Positions 48,640 through 62,009 of a stretch of 64,000 nt of DNA are shown here, in pieces. Where the stretch lies: positions 62,001-126,000 of the forward strand of contig JAUCBJ010001166.1 of the NCBI GenBank assembly GCA_032718475.1, in the 5' to 3' direction. Position 1 is the stretch's first letter; each line of letters starts with the position of its first letter. This DNA comes from Nemertoderma westbladi (taxonomy: Eukaryota; Animalia; Xenacoelomorpha). The notes below the pieces were generated by a model that saw only the letters and a list, made by a program, of their open reading frames with translations, was not told where the DNA came from and did not search any database. The position numbers and the translations under genes were made by a program.

Positions 48640-50690
48640 TATACTGTTGGTAGCCACTTTACAGGCCACCCGGTTATTAAAGCTGGGATCCATCATAACA
48701 TCCACAGATCTGGAAACCCACAGGAACTTTCCATTCTCTGAAAAGCATTCCACCAAAGTTTCAAATTATGTTACTCATCACTCCTGGAACCTCAGTTGTT
48801 GATCTCGTTTCTCATATCAAGCTGAGTTTTTGAATCGATGTAGCTGGAATAAATTGATTCTGACTTATTCTGGTTCATTCTGCTTTCTCTAACATTATAT
48901 ACCACAGGGATACGAGGTTCTCTATCTCCATGACAATGGATGGCTTAACGCCTGAACATATTTTATTTTCTTCTGACAGAATTGTAGTGCATCTGATAAT
49001 CTCTGTCTCAATTGTCTAGAAGTTGTAATGTTCATGGCATATTCATATTGCTTTTCTTTCATCCAAAACAATATGAATATTAATACTAAGAAGTTAAAGT
49101 GTGTCTTTTTATTTATAGAAAGTTGAGGCCGTTTTTTACTCCTATTTATACTCTTACTCTTGTATATTTTAATTGATAAACACGCTAATAAGGTTCTATT
49201 TTTAATTACCATTAATACTTAGACAATCGAAGTATAGTTAGTTATTAAGTCGTTCGCACGAGTTACTAAGTTGTTCTCACGAGTTTGTAAGTCATTCAAG
49301 GTCACCGAGTTAGTTATTCACAGGACTTATTATGCGATTGGAAAATACTAAAGTCTTAAGAAATTCAAATTCATATTTGAACCATAGTTAAACTCAGTAT
49401 TCTAGAGCGAAGGTAAATCATGTGTTCTTGGGGAGTAGTGCTGGGGACTAGTAACTAGATAGATACTTATACTGTTAGTAGTAAACACACGGTATACGGT
49501 AGTTCGTTCATTGCCAATTTTTGGAGCTAACCTCACATTTATTGGTCTTCATCTTAAAAATCCTCTCTCTAGTAATTTATTTTAGTGGTCTATTGGTCTA
49601 CTGCAAACAAATTTTCAAATATTTCAATTATATAAAATTATTTTATATGTGACATCCATCACATCGCTGTTTTCTGGTACCCCAAAGTTTCAAAATTTGA
49701 AAATGAAGAGATGCTATTTTTGGATCATAAAAATTGGGCGTACTAAAAAAAGTTACCATATTTATATTTTACAAATGTGCCAAATATTGATTTACCTTCC
49801 ACTTCGGGCAGAGGGCTTTTCCATTTTACCTTAGTAGGACTGAAACAGCTGCAGTAGTAAATTAGTCCGGTTTTCAGGACGTAACCAGTTTAATCCTTTT
49901 AGATGACGTATAAATTCACCCCAACGCCATATCGCCTATATAACAAGCTGTGGTTGCACCCACGTATTATGTGCTAATAACTATAAGTTCCAGAAGAGTT
50001 ATTGTATGTTATTATATTGTATTTTTGCGTATTTTTGATACTATATGGTCGTGGTTATTGGATTGAACAAGTTGACGTCAACAGGTGATCCAATAAGCTC
50101 ACTAAGTTTAGTTGTCCTGATTTTGAGAGCGCTTGTTCTGTAGTTTTTGTGGAAGGCTGTGCTGGGAGCATGCATTCGCCTAGACGACTGTATAAAAAAT
50201 AAAAGAATACTGTAATAAGCATGGATTTTTTTTACTTACATAGTTAAAAAACTGTTTAAAATCATATTACAATAATACTTTAAATTATAAACAAACAAAC
50301 AATTTATCAAAAAGTATAATGAGAGTTATAAACCGCATTAAAAAATTATTTCACATGAGGGTTGATATGTATTTCGTAACGGAGTATCATAAGAGCAGCT
50401 GTTTTTTCATACCAATCCCGTATAATATTAGAATGCAATTTCTTTTTATTGCCAGCAGATGGTCATTTCTTCCAAATCAACATTTCGGCGCAATTCATTC
50501 TTCTAAAGTTTATAACACGATTGTTAATTGCCTTCATGAATTACCAATGCAAAATACCTACAAGAAGCTGTAATAATAATAACTGTTGCCGTTGAGTGAT
50601 AGTTTTATAATTGCAATAATCGATTCTTAAAAATAATTTTTTCCTTATTTAGTCAACACGATGCAAACTATTGGCGGTGATTGTTGGTCA

Positions 50691-50836
50691 TATGTATGTA
50701 TGTATGTGTGTATGTATGTATGTATGTATGTATGTATGTATGTATGTATGTATGTATGTATGTATGTATGTATGTATGTATGTATGTATGTATGTATGTA
50801 TGTATGTATGTATGTATGTATGTATGTATGTATGTG
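50691..50836. repeat. (TATG)n microsatellite
   Basis: About 35 direct units. Confidence 0.98.
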
Positions 50837-52559
50837 TGTAAATATGATATTTATTGACAGCTGTTTAGTCAATGTAGTATGAAGATCTAGGTAAAATGGA
50901 ATGTATCCAAATTGCACAAAAAAGTAAGCGTGATCACGTATCGGTCCTGGAAAATAACATAGAAAAAAAAGTCTAAAGTGTAGAAGAAAGAGAAATGAGA
51001 GAAAAAAAGAAGAAGAAAAAAATGTAATCGTAGGATACGAACACAAATTACTATATTAATAATAACTAATCTAATAGCAAGCGGGTAAGAGTTACTGGGA
51101 AGTTGTTCGAATATACACACAAATACATATATTTACAAGTAGTCTAATATAAACCTGATAATTGCGAATTTAAACTTTATGGCGACTTTCCACGTGACAC
51201 AGGCCTGTCTGCACAGCATCAGCCAGCAGTAATGGCAGACAGCTGCAGCTGTACCGCTATACAGTGGTATTAGATGCTGGAACAATCTAGGGATAGGAGG
51301 TATGAGGCACTTTTCTGGTTTAAAGGTAAACACAAGAGTCTTAATGTCCTGATTCACACCCCCTAAACTACAAAAAAATATAGAATCAGGACATTAAGCC
51401 CAAAATACTTCACAGCCCCTAGGGCCATCAAAGGTCTTATATTATTTATATTGGTAAATATTATATTCTAGTGAATCAATCAGAGTACTTATTGAGACAT
51501 ACAGTAGTTCTTGAATTTGAATGCCATTTATCTGATGTTGTTTGATATATCCCAATATATCCCAATTGGGCAAGAAAATACTTGCTCTGAAAATACTATA
51601 TCCTGAAGTGAAAGATATTACCACAATTAAGTTGAGTAAACCTACTGCTGTGCAGTGCACAGAGTGGTGCACAGTGTGCACCACTCTTACACTACCGGTG
51701 ACCGGTACACATTTCAACTTAATGAACTTATAGCTGAATTACAACATTACTTCGATACTACAATACTACAATACTCCGATACTACAATTTATTCATTTTG
51801 GACGGATCCATCATGGATGTCCTTATTTCTCACGCGTGTTTGTTTGCACACACGTCTTCTTGCACTTATGTTGATGGATCTTTGGATGAAACTTTGATGA
51901 TAGGTTCATTATCGGACCTACTTGTGTATGGGCCCATGTGAAGAATACCAGACTTTCTGCCGTTATATTTCACTTTGCAGTTACCCCCATGTGAAGAATA
52001 CCATGTTTTCACCAAAAACACAGGTTACAGAAGGGCTGAATCAAACCTAAACAATAAACGAATTAGTATATGTACGTACAGGTTATAAGACAGAATAAGC
52101 GCTATAAAACACTTAAAAAAAGATAAATTGGTCTTCATATATCAATCTTCATATCTAAAATTCCAATAAAATGTCGACCGAAAAGTAAATTCCTACTGGA
52201 GCTTCAGTGTGGAGGTAAGTAATTAGCAGTGTAATTGAGAGAGCTGTCGAGCTGTCTGTTCCGCAATGACAACTATTGGGTTCTCCTCATTCGTTATTAT
52301 TTTATTTCTTATTAGGCTACCCTGCTTATGCTTAGGCATGTAATTTATTACAACAACATTGATAGAAATGGATCCGTCCATATTGCCAGCTCTCCCTGGC
52401 AATCTTGTTCTCTTATCCATTGGTCATGGATGCACATTGACTAGCGTATAAGTGTATAAGTGAGTAGCGTTACATTGTTATGCAACATTGATGAACGGAT
52501 TGTATCTGTGGCTGTTCTTAATTTACTTTTAGTGTGATGAATTTTTCTAAGCAATTACT

Positions 52560-52910
52560 TTATCATATGATACTCTTTGTCCTTGGTCGGGCAATATATA
52601 GCAACACATCTTCTATGATGGAATTCAGGATTTACTGTCATGATTTGAGATTGTCCTGAGGGCGCTGATTACAGTTTATTATTTCAGCCCAATCAATATT
52701 GGATGCAATCCTACAAATTTCGTTCCAATTTGCTTTAGACCAGTCTCTGTTCTGAGTGGTAGAGAATATAGGTTCAAATGGGGGAAGACAACCCCCATTA
52801 ACTACGAAATTATCACTGTGGGTGTCTACAAGACCAAATCAATCACCAACAGAGAAATTATCAGTTAAATAAGACCCATTCGTAAGCAACAAATCCAGAA
52901 TACCGGCAAG
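52560..52910 (-). pseudogene. Highly decayed CR1-group LINE endonuclease/linker fragment
   Basis: LDLLLTN, THSD, RDWSKANW...NIDW. Confidence 0.5.
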
Positions 52911-53261
52911 AATAATAGATCCCAATCAGATAATGCATCCAGGTGGAGAGCGCAAATGAAGCTTTTGCGCTGTGCGAGTGCATGGCCGACTGGCCATGTC
53001 CATGTGGTAGTGTTCTAGAATATTAGGGTATTACTAGAGTCATTATTAGCAAAAATATATATAATAATAATGTCATAAAATGTATAGATAATTACAACGG
53101 AGCTGGTGTTACTACAAAAAATATAAACTGACTATCAGTCATCAACTAACCTCATCCAATACTAGAATGACCACCTCCATGAACCCAGCCATGGCGTCTA
53201 TGTAGGCGCTGAGATCATGGAACTCCCGCTGGATGGTGTCAATACGTTGCCAACACGATGC

Positions 53262-54030
53262 GGTTCCAAAAGAAAGTTAAAGAAGGTAACTAAGTTTGAA
53301 GTCACTAGTAATGGACATAAGATTGAAAATAAAAAGGAAGTTAAATATTTAGGCGCCACATTGGATAACTGCATATCAGGAGAAAGTACAGTGAAAAATA
53401 TTTTCTCGAAAGTTAACAGTAGGCTTAGGTTTCTATACAGAAATAAAAATAGTTTAAACACCGACTCCCGCAAGTTACTTTGCCTTCTTTAATACAGTGT
53501 CACATGGACTATGTATGCTCTTCTTGGTATGAAGGCTTAACCAAACAGCTTAAATCTAAATTACAAGTAGCTCAGAATAAAGTAGTACGATTTATTCAAG
53601 ACTACAAACCTAGGCACCACCTAACTCCAGATGACTTTTCTGAATCTGGACTACTTAACTTAGATAGTAGAGTTAAGCAGCTACGTCTTAACCATGTGCA
53701 TAAAGTGTATAATGGTTAATGTCCCAATTACCTAAAACAAAAATTCAACAGAGTACGCGATACACACTCATACAGTACCAGAGCTAGTGCTTCAAACTTC
53801 TACCTCCCGAATTGTAAATCCCTTGAATCTGATACTTTCTTTTTTAACGGCATTAAAAATTGGAACGCTCTGCCTAATGAAATTAAAAACCTAAATAATC
53901 AACATTCTTTTAAATCTGCAGTTAAATCTCACCTCCGTGTGCAATGTAAAAATAGGTAAAATAGTCCTACAGTAAGTTATTAGTTTATTAATTATTTACT
54001 ATTTATACTGTAATTACGTTTTATAATAAA
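53262..54030 (+). mobile_element. L2/Crack-type LINE 3' fragment
   Basis: GSKRKL, VKYLGATLD, RLRFLYR, DY.CSSWY, LQVAQNK, WNALP; frameshift and stop present. Confidence 0.85.
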
Positions 54031-55924
54031 TTGTTCTGTACATTACATCTTTATCGTTGAGTCGGACATTGTCACGCTCTCAGTAAAGTCCAATTAAGTC
54101 CAATATATATAAAATAAATAAAAATGGGCTGAGTGTGTCGCCTTGTAGAACCCCTTGCATCTGGCTAATAATTTTTGATTTTCGAAGGCCATCAAAGTTT
54201 TACTCAGAATCGCTTTAATTAATTTCAGTAGGTGCCCATTTACCTTGAATAAAAATTCTAGTTTGTATAAAAGTCGCGATCTCGGGACCGAGTCGAACGC
54301 CTTTCTGAAATCAATGAAGGCAGCGTAAAGAGGCCGCTTAGGTTCCGAAATATTAAATTTGATTCTATTTATTAGTTCTTGTAGCGGTTGTTGAGTAGAC
54401 CATCCGGGTATAAAGCCAAATGGTTCCAGTGGAATTTTCCGGTTCAAAAATTCGTGCAGTCTTTTCATCACTAATCCTGTTACTATTTTGTAAGGGTTAC
54501 ACAGTAGCGATATACCCCTATAACAATCCATGTCATCCCGAGAACCTTTGCCCTTGAACGGAACTTTCATAAGGCTATTTTTCCATACAGTTACTAGGCG
54601 CCCCGTCGCTAGACAGATATTAAATAAGAGTAGCCAGAGAAGAACAGTTAAGGAAACTGAAGATTTCAATGTTTCATAAGGTAATCCATCGGAACCTCCC
54701 GATTTACCATTGGGTTTACTTAGAAATTCATTCTTTATTTCTTCCTCGGTAAAATTCCTGTTACAAGCGTCGTTGACGTCATCTATTCCAAGGTCAAAAT
54801 CCTCCAGGTCATACAACTCAGGATTTGCACTATTGATTTGTATATGAGGATCTCTGGGTGGATCCAGTTGCATAGTGCTGGAGCTGTTTAACACCTTTGT
54901 TAAATGATTCTCCCAAGTTTTGAGAGGAATTGAACACGGTGGTTGTGAGTTAGTTAATTTGCACCATTTATAGGGCTGCGATTCGGCTTCAGCAATTAGT
55001 TTGTCCTCTATCTTACCAGTATATAATTTTTGTTTCTCTATCAATAATTAATTGCTTGTACTTTGTCTTTGATTCACATAACAATGGTTTTAGTTCGTCC
55101 TTAGAAAGAGATTCGTTAGCTTCATCTATGTTCGACTCTTTCAGATATAAAGTAGCAAAGTTTAACTTTGGGTTATTTTGTAGCTGGTTTAGATCAATTG
55201 TCCGGGTTGGTTTTGTTGCCTCAGTTGATGGAGGTGATTGAACCAGTGTTGAATCTACCTCCCTAGACATCCGAACTGGTACGTGTTTGCGAAGACCCGT
55301 AGTTACGTGATCTATAGATGTTGCTGTGGTATTTGCAAAATCCAGATCGATTTGGCTTGAGCCGTTATGGCAATAGTATGTCTTTTCCTTGGAATTGTTT
55401 TGGAGTTCTAGTCCATAATCTTCCATAATTGTGTCGATTGCAGCAGCTTTTAGGTTACCCTCCTGGTCCATACGGGTGTTAAAATCTCCTCCAAATATTA
55501 TCGAATTTGGTGTCGATAAAGGAATTTCATCAAAAACATTTAATACTTCATCTACTAATTCTTCTGGGCCCATGTTGGGGTTGATATAGCAGCAAACCAG
55601 AATTGCAATATCGGTCTTCACAATAACAAATGTATCGTCTTTGGCAATGAGTTTGGGGTTTAAATGGGGTTTAACGGCTATTATAACCTCACCAATCAGG
55701 CGGCCTGGTCCCGGTGTTTTAATTGCCAGTGATTCAAAAACATAAAATTTATCGATATCAATATTACTTGAAGCAAGGGTTTCCGTAACCATTAGAAAGT
55801 CACAGTCTGAAAGAAGATCTCATGTAGAAGTGATAAGAATGACCTTAGTCCCTCTACATTCCATAAGATTGAAGAAACGTTTACCATCGGTTGGTTTGTT
55901 TTATTTGGATCACTTTGGAAAACT

Positions 55925-56292
55925 GACGCGCCAGGGGAGTCCGTAGCGCCGGGGGAGTCCGTAGCGCCAGGGGAGTCCATAGCGCTGGGGGAGTCCGTAG
56001 CGCTGGAGGAGTCCATAGCGCTGGGGGAGTCCGTAATGCCGGGGGAGTCCGTAGCGCCGGGGGAGTCCATAGCACCAGGGGAGTCCGTAGCGCCGGGGCA
56101 GTCCGTAGCGCTGGCGGAGTCCTTAGTGCTGGGGGAGTCCGTAGCGCCGGGGCAGTCCGTAGTGCCAGGGGAGTCCATAGCACTGGGGCAGTCCGTAGCA
56201 CTGGGGGAGTCCGTAGCGCCGGGGCAATCCATAGCGCTGGGGCAGTCCGTAGCGCTGGGGAATCCGTAGCGCCGGGGGAGTCCATCGCGCTG
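55925..56292 (-). repeat. GC-rich 18-bp tandem repeat (ACGGACTCCCCCGGCGCT) between LINE ORF1 and ORF2
   Basis: About 20 units; translates as (ATDSPG)n in the frame leading into the endonuclease start. Confidence 0.93.
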
Positions 56293-56312
56293 GATGAGCC
56301 TCTCGTTCGAAG

Positions 56313-57065
56313 TCAATCGTCTCCCCCATCTCTGGCCACTGAAGCAGTGCCCGTTGATTGGGAAGGATGTGAATTTATACCAGCAGATGTTTGGCGTGGG
56401 ATTCGTGGTCGTAAACCATACTTCTCACGTTCTGCGTTAGACATGTGGTAGTTCCGTATGGTGATTCCGCTCACCCAAATCTCTGGAGTCAGAAGTGCAT
56501 CCCGATGTTCCTGGTCAGAGATGATGTGAAACGTTCGGGTCTCCGACCCTGGGTAATCGGCGAGTTGCCGGATAGAATCGAAGGGAACTTCTTCATTGTG
56601 CAAGTATTGTGAAATATCCTCCTCAGTTACCGATTTATCCAGTCGCCCAATGTGTATGTGCGCCTTCCGGGAGGGTACTGTATAAGTGCGAGACGCCGGA
56701 TCAGCTCGGAGTGGGCCGTCGACCTTGCTCCCATGAATCATTGACATCCGCCCGCGCCATTCATTTGTGGGTCGTTGTGTAGCTGTGAGCAGCCTGCCAG
56801 TGCCAGGGTTCGTTTCTTGATCAGAGGCGACCAGGTTTCGCAGCATAGCGGATTTGGCACTTGATCGTCGGGTTCCTTCATTTACACGATTCGCCTGCGT
56901 AGGTCTCCCTCGTCGCTGTCGCCTTCCTCCTACGGTTCCCCATGGGCCGTTCTTTTCTCGAGGTTCCTCTAGGACTACCAGTACGTCTGTCTCGTCCGGT
57001 TTCCGTTGGTTCACCTGTACGGTCGCGATATGATTTTGAGTGGCACTTTTTAAATGAAGCAGCAA
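56313..57065 (-). CDS. LINE ORF1 with RRM-like C-terminal domain
   Basis: HIHIGRL...TEEDI..YL...TFHI...LLTPEIW.SGITIRNY; upstream of ORF2; more decayed ORF1 sequence to about 57216. Confidence 0.7.
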   Translation of the reverse strand: MLLHLKSATQNHIATVQVNQRKPDETDVLVVLEEPREKNGPWGTVGGRRQRRGRPTQANRVNEGTRRSSAKSAMLRNLVASDQETNPGTGRLLTATQRPTNEWRGRMSMIHGSKVDGPLRADPASRTYTVPSRKAHIHIGRLDKSVTEEDISQYLHNEEVPFDSIRQLADYPGSETRTFHIISDQEHRDALLTPEIWVSGITIRNYHMSNAEREKYGLRPRIPRQTSAGINSHPSQSTGTASVARDGGDD

Positions 57066-58121
57066 CTCGTTCTTCGAGTCAATAGATTCTTTGCGCGATT
57101 CCGCCAGTTTATCAATTTAAATCGTAAACATTGACACCATATCAAGAAGGTTGTTGATCGCTTGTTTCTCCTGTTCGATGGTAACGTAGTTCTTTTGTTT
57201 GAACGTTCTAATCATGGCTATTATCTCTTGCTGAGTTTTAAATAAGCTTCCGCCATTTTAAAAAAGTAATATCGTAAATAATTATACGCAGTGCAGTGCA
57301 GTAATAATATATTTTAATCTTAATAATAATTATTCAACATCAATTATTATTTTATATGTCTTGTATAAGATTGAGTGTCATAAATACGAATTTGCGTAAG
57401 AGATATATTATATGTATGATAATCATAGCCCACATATTATATAAACAGGAACAACTTCCAAAAACACACAAATTAACTTTAATATGAGTTAAAAATATGT
57501 AAACATTATATATTAAAAATAACATAATATGTAACATAATTAACAATATCTTGAAGTTTGTCATAAGAGAACCCTTCGACTGATACATCTGAATGAATAA
57601 CGTTTTATAGTTCCTTGCAAATATTTATTCGCCACTCAGAATCATTCAGTGCCTGTGCGTATTTTAAGTTACCTACTAAATTACGTGTTCAATCACATAA
57701 ATTTAAAACATTACATTCGTTTGCTATCCTACGCAAGTTAAGACCAGTCAGTCCTACTACGACAATCCGAATGCACCAGTTGAGCCATGAATCTGACAAC
57801 TAATTTGTTAGAATTCAATATACTATCAACAAAATTTATATTCCGTTTACATAACATAGTTTTAGGATGGGGGAAACTTACTATACCTTCAATAATAAAT
57901 GGATGGGCGTTATAGGGTAATCAAAATACACTTCTTATATTATTATTCCAGGCTGTAAATATTTTAACACAATTATTTGAATATAAGTCCCAACAAGGAC
58001 TGCCCTAGAAACTAGTTGCATATAGTTTCTGTATTTGCGCAAGAACATCTGGATTCGCAAACCTGAATTCTTGACGCAAATTCGACAGTTTTCTAATAAA
58101 TGCACCGCGTTTCAACAGTAT

Positions 58122-59434
58122 GGGCCGGTTGTTCAAATGCTCCCTTAAAGATAAGGGATCCCTTAACTTTAAGGTTTCATCGTTAAATGTCCATTTAACT
58201 TTAATTTCGGTTGCTCAAAAGTTAAATGTACATTTAAGTTAAGGGAAAACTTAAGTAAGCTACACAGGTTACTTAAAAATGGTTTCTAGAAAGAAAATTC
58301 ATTTTAGCTATAAATTTACAAAGGATAACTTGCTTTTTAATAGTTAATTTTAATGGTTATTTATTTGCATTATACTGTCATTATGGCATTCGTTCCTTTC
58401 TTACTAATCTCAATACAAGAAAGAAAGTTAGAAAAAATAGAACTAAAATAAATCCACTGAATTACTATAATAGCACTGAATTCTTCCAGCGCTACCGTTT
58501 TACAAAGCCAACATTTGCCTACATTTGCGACCTCGTCAAACACGATCTAAAACGTCAAACTAAGTGCAACAAAGCTTTGAGTGTTGAGTTACAGCTAGCA
58601 GTTACTCTGAGGTTTTACGCATCGGGTTCCTTCCAGAATGTGGTTGGTGACACATTTCCAATATCGAAAGTCTTGTGTTAGCAGGATAATTTTTCGAGTA
58701 ACGAACGTTCTCCTGAAACATTTAAATAAATTCATATGTTTGCCAACCAGCGAAGCTAATTTGCAGAAACTTAAGGAGGACTTCTTTGCGGTTTCTGGTG
58801 TCCCTAGCGTAGTTGGCGCGATCGATTGTTCTCATGTGAAGATAATAGCACCACCTGGGGACCAGAGTGTCTACTACGTCAACCGTAAAGGTTACTATAG
58901 TGTAAATTTTCAAGCCATCTGCGATGCAAATTGCATATTTCTGAACATTGTTGCCGATTGGCCTGGCATTGTGCACGACTTGTGCTCGTGTTTTAAAGAA
59001 TAGTAAAGTTGGAATTGATTTCGCAACCGGCAAACGTAACAGAATTCTGTTGGGAGACAGCGGGTATCCTTGTCAGCGTTGGCTACTCACCCCACTCCTA
59101 GAGCCAGATATAGAACGATAGAAGCGAGGACAAAAAGGCGTTACCCTATAAGAACTATACAGCCTAGAAGAAAACCAGGAATGTGCTAGAATGTTTCTTT
59201 GGTATCCTTAAACGTCGGTTTCACTGCCTCCATGGTGAGATGAGAATGCGACCCAAGAGAATATGTTGCATTATTGTAGCATGCGCGATACTACATAACA
59301 TTGCTATGATGCGGGGAGACCCACTCCCACCAGATACGGAGGACTATGAAAATCACCAGGTCAACGAAAACTATGAAGGTGCGCAAGATGGCCAGCTCTT
59401 CCATTCTAATTTCATATTGGTGTATTTTACATAA
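58122..59434 (+). pseudogene. PIF/Harbinger transposon: left TIR and decayed HARBI1-like transposase
   Basis: GGGCCGGTTGTTCAAA end; RYRF, LRFYASGSFQ, GAIDCSH, NRKG, WPG.VHD, LLGDSGYP, E.FFGILKRRF, ILHN; frameshifts; right TIR not found. Confidence 0.9.
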
Positions 59435-59922
59435 CCAAACTATTCTAAATAATTATTAACCAGTCGGTACATCATATTCATTAACGTCAATATGGTTAAT
59501 TTGTAATTTTATAATTGGTCAAATTTATACAAATATTAAATAGTAGGGAGGACCGTTATAGTTTTTGCTGTAAATAATTAATTATTATCCTTTAACTTGG
59601 CTCTGTGAGGTTAATGAACTACAAAGTGTGGGGCGAGCGACGAAAGTGAGCGAGCTTAGCATACAGGTACCACTAACTCAATCGGTGTGTCTGTTGCTCT
59701 GTCGATCTGTTGTTCTGTCATTCTGTTGTGTCCAATTTTAAACGTTAATAACTCTTAATGTTAATGAAATTTAACCAAACTTGGTACACATGTAGTCTGG
59801 CCAAAGTTTAGAAATTTTCCAAGTTGAATTTCCGTGTAGCCTTAGAGAAGCTAAGATAATAGCAATTAATTAGTTAATTAAGTTGATTACGGTAAAAACT
59901 GCATTTTCAACCTGCCTGTTAA

Positions 59923-61482
59923 CCCTATTAAACCCGGGGGGGGGGGGGGTCAATATGACCCCCCCCCCGTGGTTTTTTTATTATAATTCTAAAACAAACG
60001 CAGTTGGGAATCTGAAATTTTATGACTTTTCCTAGAAATCTATTGTCTTCCAAGTAGTGAAAACCGTTTTCAAAAATATTGGGTAGTTTTCGAGTTATAG
60101 CACCATTTTTTAACCCTACTTTTGGCACTTTTTTTGAGACGTTTTTTGAAAATTACATTTCATTAAATATTAATTGTAACATCTCTATTTTTGATTTACA
60201 CCGGTTTTTTGGTATTAGCAATTCGATGGAATTCATATAAATTGTTTTAGAAATTTCAAACTTGTTCTTTTCGGCGGGTGCCAAATTTTGGTGCCAGCAC
60301 CAAATTTTGAAATATGTCAATTTTGTAAATTGATTGTTTGAAACTTGTTTTTCACGCAATCGGGGTTTTTTGGGGTTCTGGTTTTGATGAAATATATACG
60401 AGTTGCACCAAGCGTATCAAACTTGTATTTTTCGGTGCTGTGTGCAAATTTTGGTGCTAGCACGAAATTTTGAAAATCCGTTCAATATATAAATTGCTTG
60501 TGACAATTTATTTCTTGCATTTTAGAGGTTTATGGCTGTTCTGAATTCAATGGAATATATAATTATCGAACTAGACATCTCAAACTTGTATTTTTCGGAA
60601 GTGGGTGCAAAATGTGGTGCTAGCACCAAATTTTGAAAACCATCATATATATAAATTGATTGTGTCATCTTGTTTCTTGCGTTATACGGGTTTGTTAGGG
60701 TTCTGAATTCAATGGAATTAGTAAAAATGTAATAAGAGTTTTCAAACTTGTATTTTTTGTCAGTGGGTGAAAATTGTTGTGCCAGCACCAAATTTTGGAA
60801 AATGAGTAAATTGATCAGTAGATAGTATCATCTTGATTCTTGCGTTATACGGGTTTTTGAGGGTCCTGAATCCGATGGAATCAATAAAAACAGCACTGGA
60901 CATCGCAAACTTGTACTTTTTGGTTATGGGTACGAAATTTAGTGCTAGCACCAAAATTTGCCAAATTACGCCGAAAAATACAAGTAGCAATGATCTGGCA
61001 TATTTGAAATGTATTCCATTAGAATCAGCGCCCAAGAAAACCTGAAAATGTGCATTTATAGCATCGTATAAGTGAATTGAAAATTTTGTGTTCTAACTGA
61101 AAAGTGCTGGTTACTTGTTTTTTTCATTTTTTTCCTACGCATAGAGGACTAAACAGCCATTTATGGTAATCTTATCATTTTTAAATATTTTCAAATGTAT
61201 TTTGCGCCCCAGAAAACCTGTATTGAAAAACAATTAGCCGAAAAATGTAACTTTCAAATTTTGTGAAAATTGTGCACTACTTGTAATTTTGGTGCTGCAA
61301 TATTACCACCCCAGTACATTTTTTCGAAATTTTTTTTTTCGGTCAGATCCAGACTAGTGATACCTACGTACAAACAAAAAATCAGACGTTTTCGTTAATA
61401 TTTGTAGATTTTAGAGGGAGGGGTCAATATGACCCCCCCCCCCCGGTATTTGTACAGCATTTTATAGCCCGGTACTAATAGG
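59923..61482. mobile_element. Complete TTAA-flanked non-autonomous piggyBac-like element
   Basis: TTAA|CCCTATTA...TAATAGGG|TTAA; GGGGTCAATATGACCCC near both ends; internal units of about 165 bp with GGTGCTAGCACC. Confidence 0.85.
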
Positions 61483-62009
61483 GTTAAAGGAAATTAATTA
61501 TTTAACAGTATAAGATTTAAATAATTATACTTAAAAATTATACAGATGTAATCCTCATACCCCATTCTATTATAGTTTTTAATTAGTTCAAGTGATTTGC
61601 TTTAATAAATGTGTCTTTAATTGATCTAAACGTAATTAAAGCGGCACAATTATTGAGTACAAATTTAATCCTGCCCATTATTGGTTAACATAGTCTCTGC
61701 GGGGGCGTGTAGAGCTGCTAGCTGCTCGGAGATGTTGGTGTAGCCTTACCAGAGGCGAATTGTACTGTAATAGACAGCCAGTAGTATTGCTATAGCAACC
61801 CAGACATAACTCCAACCATACACTGCCTGTATTTCAATTCCTATTGACTCTATACTATAAATTTTGTATTTCTTACTATCTCAGGTGACAGAAGATATAA
61901 TGACTGTTGTAGGCTTATATCTGAAATAGTTTATTCCGCAATATATTTGTCTGGTTATTTTTTAATTGAATTTTTGCAAAGTAGTAAAATTAATGATCTT
62001 AAAAATAAT

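Larger units (their letters stand above)
54050..57260 (-). mobile_element. Two-ORF non-LTR retrotransposon, 3' truncated, clade uncertain
   Basis: ORF1 plus APE endonuclease (WNVEGL, ET, GGDFN, SQIDL) and RT (YRGISLL, FIDFRKAFDSV, GVLQGD); frameshifts. Confidence 0.9.

Noticed and set aside
50645-51046. HTYI / VCMY repeat ORFs
   Set aside because: Translations of the (TATG)n microsatellite
58383-59434. Domesticated HARBI1 gene
   Set aside because: Frameshifts and an adjacent TIR indicate a dead transposon copy
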